From positions 1,018 through 65,017 of the forward strand of contig JBLMWC010000125.1 in the NCBI GenBank assembly GCA_050257015.1: DNA of 64,000 bases, written 5' to 3'. The position numbers were made by a program, and so were the translations under genes. A model generated the notes under the pieces. It made no database searches, had not been told where the DNA came from, and worked only from the letters and a program-made list of their open reading frames with translations. The DNA comes from Bacillota bacterium. GTDB taxonomy: Bacteria; Gemmatimonadota; Gemmatimonadetes; Gemmatimonadales; GWC2-71-9. This document shows, one piece after another, positions 28,560-35,844 of this stretch (its first letter is position 1; each line of letters starts with the position of its first letter).

Positions 28560-30065
28560 GTGACCAAGTTCTACCTCACCACCGCGATCGACTACTCCAA
28601 CGGCGACCCGCACCTCGGCCACGCGCTCGAGAAGGTGGGCGCCGACTGCATCGCGCGCTACCGCCGCCTCCGGGGAGACGACGTCCACTTCCTGATGGGA
28701 ATGGACGAGCACAGCCAGTCGGTGATTCAGGCCGCCACCGGCGCCGGCACGACGCCGACGGCGTGGGTGGATGCGATGGCCGAGCGGTTCGAGGGATTCT
28801 GGCGTCGGCTCCTCTGCAGCAATGACGACTGGATCCGCACCACGGAGCCGCGGCATCATGCGGCGGTGGCTGAGCTGCTCACCCGGATCCAGCGGCACCG
28901 GCCGGCCGACCTCTTCGTGGATGAGTACGAGGGACTGTACTGCACCGGCTGCGAGGAGTTCAAGACGGATGCCCAGATCGTCGACGGGCACTGCATCGAG
29001 CACCCGACGCTCGAGCTCATTCCCACCCGCGAGCGGAACCACTTCTTCCGGCTCAGCGCGTACACCGACCAGCTGCTCGACCTGATCCGGTCCGGCCGCT
29101 TCCGGGTCGAGCCGGCGATCCGCCGGAACGAGGTGCTCCGCCTGCTGGAAGGCGGGCTCGAGGATATCTCGGTCTCACGCGTGCGCGGCGCCTGGGGCAT
29201 ACCCTACCCCGGCGACCCCGACCAGACGGTTTACGTCTGGTTCGACGCCCTCATCAACTACCTCTCGGCCACCGGCTTCCCGGACCCGGGGTACACCCGG
29301 CTCTGGCCGGCCGAGCTCCATGTCATCGGCAAGGGGATCACGCGCTTCCACTGCATCATCTGGCCGGCGATGCTGCTGGCGGCCGGCCTCGATCTGCCAC
29401 GGGAGGTCTGGGCCCACGGCTACGTGCAGTGGGGCGGCACCAAGATGTCGAAGACCGCGGGCACCGCCGTCACCCTCGGCGAGGCGATCGAGCGCCACGG
29501 ACCCGATGCGCTCCGGTATTTCCTCCTGCGGGAGGTCGGATTCGAGAACGACGGCAACTTCTCATGGGAGCGGTTCGACGAACGCTACACTGCCGATCTT
29601 GCCGACGGCCTCGGCAACCTGGCGTCGCGCTCGCTGGCGATGCTCGCCAAGTATCGAGACGGCGTCGTGCCTGCCGCGCCCGCGACGGCGCTCGACGAGG
29701 CGGGGCGAGGCGCAGTCGCCCGCTACGCGACGGCGCTCGACGCCCTCGAACTCAAGGGAGCGGCGGAAGCGGCGTGGGAGCTTGTCTCGACCGCGAACCT
29801 CTACATCCAGCAGACGGCGCCGTGGTCACTCGCCAAGCAGGGGCTCGAGGCCGAGCTCGATGCATCTCTGGCGGCACTGGCAGGATGCCTGTATCGTCTC
29901 GCGGTGCTGGTGAGCCCGTTCATGCCGGAAAAGGCACAGGTGCTCTGGGAGGCGCTGGGGCAGGCAGGAAATTGCGCGGCGGCCGATTGGGCCTCGCTCG
30001 AGGCACCGGCTCTGACCGGCGCCCGGACCGCCAAACCGGAAAACCTGTTCCCGCGCCCTGTCTGA
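28560..30065 (+). CDS. metG: Methionyl-tRNA synthetase (short form)
   Basis: ORF 28560..30065 with a GTG start. HIGH-type motif NGDPHLGHA and KMSKT. Confidence 0.9.
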   Translation: MTKFYLTTAIDYSNGDPHLGHALEKVGADCIARYRRLRGDDVHFLMGMDEHSQSVIQAATGAGTTPTAWVDAMAERFEGFWRRLLCSNDDWIRTTEPRHHAAVAELLTRIQRHRPADLFVDEYEGLYCTGCEEFKTDAQIVDGHCIEHPTLELIPTRERNHFFRLSAYTDQLLDLIRSGRFRVEPAIRRNEVLRLLEGGLEDISVSRVRGAWGIPYPGDPDQTVYVWFDALINYLSATGFPDPGYTRLWPAELHVIGKGITRFHCIIWPAMLLAAGLDLPREVWAHGYVQWGGTKMSKTAGTAVTLGEAIERHGPDALRYFLLREVGFENDGNFSWERFDERYTADLADGLGNLASRSLAMLAKYRDGVVPAAPATALDEAGRGAVARYATALDALELKGAAEAAWELVSTANLYIQQTAPWSLAKQGLEAELDASLAALAGCLYRLAVLVSPFMPEKAQVLWEALGQAGNCAAADWASLEAPALTGARTAKPENLFPRPV

Positions 30066-30277
30066 CGCCAACGCCGTCCCCCCCAACCAGTTACGTTTGC
30101 GGGGTCCGAACAGGCCACGAAAGTCTTTGACAGTGAAAGACTTAGACACGGAATTCCGTGCTTGACACCCCCGGTCCCCGCGGCGACATTTAGCCCCGGC
30201 TTCAGCGCGCGGCCGAATCCTTGCGGAGAGTCCGTGCGCCGGAGCCAGCTGATGATCCCCGGAACGAGGTGAAGAGG

Positions 30278-31198
30278 ATGGCGAAGCGCAGATGGACGGT
30301 GGTCCTGGTACCGCATGGCTCGGAGCCCTCCCGCATCGTGGAGGTCTCCTACACGGTTCTCAAGGTCGCCGTCACCCTGTGCGTCGCCGTCGTCGTCGTC
30401 TCCGTCCTCCTTGGCTACGCCAGCATCTCGCGGTCGGTGGACCTCAGCCGGGCCACCCGGCTGGAGCAGGAGAACGCCCTCCTCGCCGCCCAGCTGGGCG
30501 AGCTGCACGGCCGGGTCCGAAACCTCAGTGACACCCTCCAGAGCATCGCGCAGCGTGACCAGCGGATCCGGGTGCTCGCCAATCTGTCACCACTCGATCC
30601 GCAGGTCCGCGCCGCGGGCATCGGCGGACCGGCCGGCACCATGACCGCCGCGCACGTGCCCGGCCCGCTCGGACTCCGGGCTGACGCGATCCGGGTGGAC
30701 ATCTCTGCGCTCATCCGCCGGGCGAATCTCCTTGCCACCTCGTTCCGCGAAGCTGCCGACAGTCTCGCCTCGCACAGCGACCGGCTCGCGGCGATGCCGT
30801 CGATCATGCCGACGCAGGGCTGGCTCACCAGCGCCTTCTCGTCGATGCGCGAGCACCCGATCCTGCACATCGCGCGGCCGCACGAAGGGATCGACGTCTC
30901 CGCGCCGATGGGGACCCCAATCGAGGCACCGGCCGCCGGCCGCGTGCTTTCGGCCGGCTGGGAGACGGGGTACGGCAACGTCGTAACCATCGACCACGGC
31001 TACGGAATCGTCACCAAGTTCGCCCACGCCTCGAAGCTCTTCGTGCGGCAGGGCCAGCGGGTCGCGCGCGGCCAGCGCATCGCGCTGGTCGGCAACTCCG
31101 GTCTCGCCACCGGCCCCCACCTGCACTACGAGGTGCACGTGAACGGGCGGCCGGTCGATCCGCTGCACTACGTGCTGCCGGACGTCGTAACGGACTAG
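30278..31198 (+). CDS. M23-family metallopeptidase with N-terminal membrane anchor and coiled coil
   Basis: Part of ORF 30221..31198, from ATG 30278. Motifs: HEGIDVSAPMGTP and GPHLHYEVHVNG. Confidence 0.85.
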   Translation: MAKRRWTVVLVPHGSEPSRIVEVSYTVLKVAVTLCVAVVVVSVLLGYASISRSVDLSRATRLEQENALLAAQLGELHGRVRNLSDTLQSIAQRDQRIRVLANLSPLDPQVRAAGIGGPAGTMTAAHVPGPLGLRADAIRVDISALIRRANLLATSFREAADSLASHSDRLAAMPSIMPTQGWLTSAFSSMREHPILHIARPHEGIDVSAPMGTPIEAPAAGRVLSAGWETGYGNVVTIDHGYGIVTKFAHASKLFVRQGQRVARGQRIALVGNSGLATGPHLHYEVHVNGRPVDPLHYVLPDVVTD

Positions 31199-31220
31199 GC
31201 GGTCGGGCGGATGAGCATGA

Positions 31221-31260
31221 AAAAAAGCGGGAGGCACCGAGGATCGGTGCCTCCCGCTTT
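31221..31260. terminator. Bidirectional intrinsic terminator
   Basis: A7-GCGGGAGGCACCG-AGGAT-CGGTGCCTCCCGC-TTT: a 13-bp GC-rich stem. It is flanked by an A-run, which reads as a U-run for the minus-strand lemA transcript, and by TTT. Confidence 0.8.
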
Positions 31261-31279
31261 CCGTATTCGCAGTCAGCCG

Positions 31280-31852
31280 CTAGAAGTTGACCTTGGGCAC
31301 TTCGGTTGCGCCGGCTTCGGCCTGGAAGTACGGCCGCGGCGTGCCGTGGCCGAAGACCTTGGCGGTGATGTTGTACGGGAACCGGCGGATGTATGCGTTG
31401 AACTCGTTGGCTGCCGCGTTGTAGTCGTTCCGCGCGGTGGCGATCCGGTTCTCGCTCCCCTCGAGCTGGGTCTGCAGGTCGCGGAAGTTCTGGCTCGACT
31501 GGAGCTGGGGGTAGTTCTCCGAGATCGCCAGCAGCCGGCCCAGCCCCGCGCTCAGCTGCTGGTTGGCGGCGGCCATCTGGTTGACGTCGCCCGACTGGAT
31601 GGCGCCGCCCAGCCGCGAGCGCGCGTTGGCGATGGAGATGAAGACCGTATCCTCCTGCTTCGTGATTCCCTTCACCGTGCTGACCAGGTTGGGGATCAGG
31701 TCGGCGCGACGCTGCAGCATCGTCTGCACCTGACCCTGCGCCTGGTTCACCTTCTCGTCCAGGACCTGGATCGTGTTATAGCCGCAGCCGGTGGTGCCGA
31801 CGGCGAGCGAGACCGCGAGCATCGGGACAAACCAGGCAGTCGAGCGCTTCAT
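31280..31852 (-). CDS. lemA: LemA-family protein (lipoprotein-type signal)
   Basis: Part of ORF 31280..31945, from ATG 31852. Sequence: MKRSTAWFVPMLAVSLAVGTTGC, then ...RADLIPNLVSTVKG...ENYPQLQSSQNFRDLQTQLEGSENRIATARNDYN. Confidence 0.8.
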   Translation of the reverse strand: MKRSTAWFVPMLAVSLAVGTTGCGYNTIQVLDEKVNQAQGQVQTMLQRRADLIPNLVSTVKGITKQEDTVFISIANARSRLGGAIQSGDVNQMAAANQQLSAGLGRLLAISENYPQLQSSQNFRDLQTQLEGSENRIATARNDYNAAANEFNAYIRRFPYNITAKVFGHGTPRPYFQAEAGATEVPKVNF

Positions 31853-32571
31853 CACTGATCTCCGAGCTGAAGGTGATCCACGAACTCTGCCGTCTGGGCC
31901 ACGGCGTTCAAGTACGCTTCGAATTCTGCCGCCGTGCAGCGCCACCCGCGATCGCCGCGGCCGGCCACAACCCGCGCGAGGGCGTCAGGTGCGAATCCCG
32001 CGAGGCTGGCTGCGGCCGTGACCAGCGCGGCGGCATCCCGTGGTACCTCACGCCCCACGAGCGTCAGCAGGCCGCGGTAGAGCACCAGCATCGTGCCGAC
32101 GCTTTCCGCCGCCACTCCCGAAAGCGAAGCCGGATCGTTCGACAGGGTGACATAGCCCTGCCGGAGCCGCAGCAGCTTTCCCCGGAACTCGCGCTCGAGG
32201 GCCCGCCGCAGATCGGCCCGCTCGACGGCGACCAGCCCGAGGGGATCGGAGCCACGCAGCACCCGGTAGGCCGAGCGCATGTCGCTGATCTCGATCGGAA
32301 ACGCGTCGGCCACGCCGAGCCATTCACTGCGGCTCAGCAGGAGGGGCGGCTCCTGCGCCGCCTTCCGCCAGGCGCCGAACGACGGCGCCAGCGAGCGGAG
32401 CGAGGCCGGGGCGACGTCGTCCAGGACCATCAGCACGTTGATGTCCGAGCGCCCCTGCACGAACTCGCCGCGCGCGGCCGAGCCGTACAGCACCGCGCTG
32501 TAGCGATCGCCGAGCACGCGGTCGGTATCGGCGAGGAACGGATCGAGGAGCGACTGCACCGGATCACCCAT
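31852..32571 (-). CDS. Nucleotidyltransferase-fold (Pol beta superfamily) protein with helical C-terminal domain
   Basis: C-terminal 239 codons of the fused ORF 31852..33843, from ATG 32571. NTase motif LYGSAARGEFVQGRSDINVLMVLDD. TGATG overlaps at both ends. Confidence 0.65.
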   Translation of the reverse strand: MGDPVQSLLDPFLADTDRVLGDRYSAVLYGSAARGEFVQGRSDINVLMVLDDVAPASLRSLAPSFGAWRKAAQEPPLLLSRSEWLGVADAFPIEISDMRSAYRVLRGSDPLGLVAVERADLRRALEREFRGKLLRLRQGYVTLSNDPASLSGVAAESVGTMLVLYRGLLTLVGREVPRDAAALVTAAASLAGFAPDALARVVAGRGDRGWRCTAAEFEAYLNAVAQTAEFVDHLQLGDQ

Positions 32572-33401
32572 CAGAATCTCCCTCCTGCTCCGCCGCCGCC
32601 GAAACCGCCACCTCCTCCGAACCCTCCGAATCCCCCACCGCCGCCGAAACCGCCACCGCCACCCCAGCCACCCCCGCCCCAGCCGCCCCCGATCCAGGGG
32701 CCACCTCCGAATATACCGCCCCGACGCCGGCGCCGGCCGAATGAGCTCAGCACGAAGAAGAACAGGATCAGCAGGAGCGGCAGGTACTGCGTCCACGACT
32801 CGTTCGCGGCGCCGTTCGACGGCGGCGGCTGGAATCGGGTCAGCGCCGAATCGCTGATGTTCATCCCGCGCGCGATCATTCCGACCAGCGAACGGACGCC
32901 GGTCAGGAGCCCCGCCCCGTACTGCCCCTGCGAGAGCTCGGGCAGCATCATGTCGCGGATCCGCCCGGCCTGCAGGTCGGTGACGACCCCCTCGAGACCG
33001 GTGCCGACCTCGACGCGGATCTGCCCCGAGTTGGGCTCCCCCTCGCGGCGCGGCACGAGGAGGACGACCGCCCCTGCGTTCCGCCTGACGTCGCCGACCT
33101 CGGCCTTGAGGCCTACGCCCCACTTCCGTCCGATGGCGAGGGCGACCTCGCTCGCCTCGTAGTCGCCCACCGTCGGCAGGGTGACGACCGCGACCTCGAC
33201 GCCGCTCGCGCCCCGAAGCCGCGTCAGCAGATCGTCCATCTCGGCCTTGGAGCCGGCATCGATGACGTTGGCGAAGTCGCTCACGAGGCCGAGCGGCTGG
33301 GCGGGCACGTACTGCTCGACTCCGGCCTGGGCCCAGAGTCCCGTGGCGGCGAGTTGTAGCGCCAGCCCCAGCCCGATAGCTTTGAGTCGTGTCGCGCCCA
33401 A
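32571..33401 (-). CDS. TPM-domain (YgcG-like) protein with TM segment and Gly/Trp/Phe-rich tail
   Basis: ORF 32571..33416. Signal peptide, TPM_phosphatase-like core (VSDFANVID...VEVAVVTLPTVG), a TM segment, and a GGGWGGGGWGGGGGFGGGGGFGG tail. I prefer the TTG at 33401 (AAGGAG 5 nt upstream) over the GTG at 33416. Confidence 0.75.
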   Translation of the reverse strand: MGATRLKAIGLGLALQLAATGLWAQAGVEQYVPAQPLGLVSDFANVIDAGSKAEMDDLLTRLRGASGVEVAVVTLPTVGDYEASEVALAIGRKWGVGLKAEVGDVRRNAGAVVLLVPRREGEPNSGQIRVEVGTGLEGVVTDLQAGRIRDMMLPELSQGQYGAGLLTGVRSLVGMIARGMNISDSALTRFQPPPSNGAANESWTQYLPLLLILFFFVLSSFGRRRRRGGIFGGGPWIGGGWGGGGWGGGGGFGGGGGFGGFGGGGGFGGGGAGGRF

Positions 33402-34084
33402 TGATGCTCCTTGCACTTGCGTTCGTAGTCGCCGGCTGCGAGAGCGGACGCGATGTGGCCGTTCGCGTGTCCATCATCGGACCGGACTCGGCCGAGTCGC
33501 CGGTGCCCGGGGTCGTCCTCACCGCCGTGCCGTTCGACCGGGACAGCATCTTCCGCGCGCTCGAGGCGCGGGCCGCCACCCCCCGCCCCCATGCGGCCGA
33601 GCTCGACAGCGCCTTCGCCGCGTATCGCGGCCCGTTCGTCGCGCTGGCGTCGGCCAGCGAGGCGGCGGCGGCGCTGCGCGATTCACTGGCCGCCGGCGGC
33701 GACACCGCGGCGCTGCGTGGCCGCCTCGCCACCGCGGAAACGCGCGTCGCCGACGCCCGCCGCGCACTCGACGCGGTGCGGAGCGCCAACGACGCGCGGG
33801 TGGACAGCCTCCGCCGGAGCGTCGTGCAGTGGGAAAATAGCACATATGGCGACTACGAAAGCATCGCGACCGCCCGACTTCGCCTCACTGGCCGCGACGT
33901 GCGGGGCGACACCACCGGCGCCGATGGCTGGACACACGTACACGTGCCGCCGGGCCGGTGGTGGATCTACGGCACGTCGTGGGACGTGACCGACCCGAAC
34001 CGCTACTGGTACTGGAACGTGCCGGTCGCCGGCGACACTATCCGGCTCACCAGCCACAACGGCGTACAGCGCCCTCGCTACTGA
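33401..34084 (+). CDS. Putative lipoprotein of unknown function
   Basis: ORF 33389..34084. MMLLALAFVVAGC lipobox from ATG 33401. Confidence 0.5.
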   Translation: MMLLALAFVVAGCESGRDVAVRVSIIGPDSAESPVPGVVLTAVPFDRDSIFRALEARAATPRPHAAELDSAFAAYRGPFVALASASEAAAALRDSLAAGGDTAALRGRLATAETRVADARRALDAVRSANDARVDSLRRSVVQWENSTYGDYESIATARLRLTGRDVRGDTTGADGWTHVHVPPGRWWIYGTSWDVTDPNRYWYWNVPVAGDTIRLTSHNGVQRPRY

Positions 34085-34100
34085 TCAGGAGATACCGTCC

Positions 34101-34805
34101 ATGACGTTCCGGATCGGCCTCGTTCTCGGATTCGCGGCACTCTGCGGCTGCAGCAGCCCGTCGCCGGCACAGGGGTCGGGAGCGAAGACGCCGGCCGCCG
34201 GCGCGCCCGCCACCGCGAAGAGCGCCACGGCGCACGCGCAGCCGGCGAAGGCGGACACCACCGATCCGCTGGCGGCCCGCGCCATGGGCTCGCGGACGGC
34301 GCCGATCACCGTGTACGAGATGTCCGACTTCCAGTGCCCATTCTGCCGCCGGCACGCGCTCGAGACGTGGCCCGCGATCGAGCGCGAGTATGTCGCCACC
34401 GGAAAGGTCCGCTGGGTCTTCCTCAACTACCCGCTCACGAGCCTGCATCCCAATGCGGCGGCCGCCGCCCAGTTCGCCATGTGCGCGGCGGATGCCGGGA
34501 AATTCTGGCCGGTGCACGATCTCCTCTACAAGCATCAGGAGACCTGGGCGCCGCTCAAGGACCCGGCCCCCTTCCTCATCACCCTGGCCGACTCGGTCGG
34601 CATTCCGCGCGAGCGGATGCTCTCCTGTCTCCAGTCACCGAAGGCGCGGGAGACGGTAGAGGCCGACGCGGCGGGCGCCGCGCGCGCCGGCGCCACGAGC
34701 ACGCCGAGCTTCTATGTCGAGGGGGGAATGATCGCCGGTGCCTATCCAATCGCCGTCTTCCGGCAGGTGCTCGACTCGATCTACCGGGTCAAGACGGGCA
34801 GGTAG
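34101..34805 (+). CDS. DsbA-family thiol:disulfide oxidoreductase lipoprotein
   Basis: ORF 34101..34805. Lipobox FAALCGC, active site FQCPFC, and C-terminal TPSFYVEG. Confidence 0.8.
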   Translation: MTFRIGLVLGFAALCGCSSPSPAQGSGAKTPAAGAPATAKSATAHAQPAKADTTDPLAARAMGSRTAPITVYEMSDFQCPFCRRHALETWPAIEREYVATGKVRWVFLNYPLTSLHPNAAAAAQFAMCAADAGKFWPVHDLLYKHQETWAPLKDPAPFLITLADSVGIPRERMLSCLQSPKARETVEADAAGAARAGATSTPSFYVEGGMIAGAYPIAVFRQVLDSIYRVKTGR

Positions 34806-34823
34806 CGTGGCGCCGCGCCGCCG

Positions 34824-35564
34824 CTACGGCAGGAGCGACAGGAAGACGTCGTAGAGGGCGTGGGACCACGCGGTGATCCCGAAACCGCGGAGGAGATACA
34901 TCCCGCTGAAGAGGATTCCGGCGATCAGCCGGAAGATGAACGAGCCTGCCGTGAACGGGTCGCCGTACGGCCCCACGTAGTGGAACGCCGAGAAGAGCAC
35001 AGCCCCCACCATCACCGCGAAGACCCCCGCCGCGGGCCGCCCCCAGCCGAATCCCCGGCGCGCGAGCGCGGCGAGTCCGGAGACGAGGAGCACGCGGAAG
35101 AGCAGCTCCTCGTAGATCCCCGCGCCGAGGGAGACCATGAGCTGAGTCGGGAGTCCGAGCCCTCCCATCGGCGTGATGGACAGCGCGGGCGCGAGCCGGA
35201 GCACCAGGCCGGTGAGCGTCCCCGTCACCATCCCGAAGACGAGCGCGTACGCCACCGACTCGGCCAGCATCCCGAAGAAGAGGCGCCAGCGCAGGGCGCC
35301 GCCGCTCCGGCGCATGTCACGCCAGACCAGCACCGCGCCGGTGCCGACCAGCAGCGCGCCGAACGCCACCAGTCCCCAGCGGCCGCCGAAGGCGACGAAG
35401 AGACTCTTGAGCAGGACGTCGGCACCGTTGCGGACGCCGGCGATCGCGTCGCGGGACAGCGCGAAGGCGAGCAGCTCGTAGAGCACGAGCAGCGGGAGGG
35501 CGAAGAGGAGACTGTAGCGCGGCGAGCGGCTCAGCCGCCAGTATGACGTCGACGAAGGAGGCAT
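34824..35564 (-). CDS. CPBP-family intramembrane glutamic endopeptidase (CAAX protease/Abi-like)
   Basis: ORF 34824..35564. Three CPBP motifs are present: EELLFR, FSAFH and HALYD. Multiple TM segments. Confidence 0.8.
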   Translation of the reverse strand: MPPSSTSYWRLSRSPRYSLLFALPLLVLYELLAFALSRDAIAGVRNGADVLLKSLFVAFGGRWGLVAFGALLVGTGAVLVWRDMRRSGGALRWRLFFGMLAESVAYALVFGMVTGTLTGLVLRLAPALSITPMGGLGLPTQLMVSLGAGIYEELLFRVLLVSGLAALARRGFGWGRPAAGVFAVMVGAVLFSAFHYVGPYGDPFTAGSFIFRLIAGILFSGMYLLRGFGITAWSHALYDVFLSLLP

Positions 35565-35580
35565 AGGCCCGATGTGGACC

Positions 35581-35609
35581 GCGCCGCCTGACCCAGGGTC
35601 AAGCGGCGC
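35581..35609. repeat. 29-nt near-perfect palindrome / strong hairpin 17 nt upstream of the CPBP start
   Basis: GCGCCGC-C-TGACCC-A-GGGTCA-A-GCGGCGC: nested inverted repeats with about 12 bp of potential stem. Confidence 0.6.
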
Positions 35610-35689
35610 GATCGGTTGTCATCTGAGCTCGAACGAATCGCTCCAGCTCGTGCCAGCTCCGGAACTGACCGGGAACGCGTAATGCGCTG

Positions 35690-35788
35690 CTACCGGACTC
35701 CGGCCAGGCGACCGTTTGCCCAACTCGAGCTCAGGATGCAACTCTCACTAGACAATGGATCACCTCCTTCGGCAAGCGTGTGAATCAT
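35690..35788 (-). CDS. Candidate 32-codon small ORF (MIHTLAEGGDPLSSESCILSSSWANGRLAGVR)
   Basis: Not in the ORF track because it is too short. AGGAGG (35802..35797) lies 8 nt before ATG 35788. A second SD, AAGGAGGTGATCC, lies 7 nt before an in-frame TTG at 35755. Its GC3 is lower than in neighbouring genes, so coding status is uncertain. Confidence 0.25.
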   Translation of the reverse strand: MIHTLAEGGDPLSSESCILSSSWANGRLAGVR

Positions 35789-35844
35789 GGGGCTTTCCTC
35801 CTGCGTCGGAAAAATAATCGGCGGCGCACCGGGCGCGCAATTGG

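Noticed and set aside
31873-33162. A plus-strand ORF with a striking polyproline tract (PPPPKPPPPPNPPNPPPPPKPPPPPQPPPP).
   Set aside because: It is the reverse complement of the Gly-rich tail (GGGWGGGG...FGGGGG) of the TPM protein, whose other features (signal peptide, TPM core, TM segment) support the minus strand.
35757-35769. GGATCACCTCCTT on the plus strand, identical to the 3' end of 16S rRNA.
   Set aside because: There is no rRNA-like sequence upstream of it. It is simply the complement of an extended Shine-Dalgarno sequence (AAGGAGGTGATCC) on the minus strand.
35811-35844. An intrinsic terminator after the CHASE kinase, suggested by a U-rich run (GAUUAUUUUU) on the minus strand.
   Set aside because: The only stem I can form directly before the U-run is 4 bp (GCGC/GCGC). 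The same bases fit at least as well as a -10-like element for the small ORF, so I made no terminator call.
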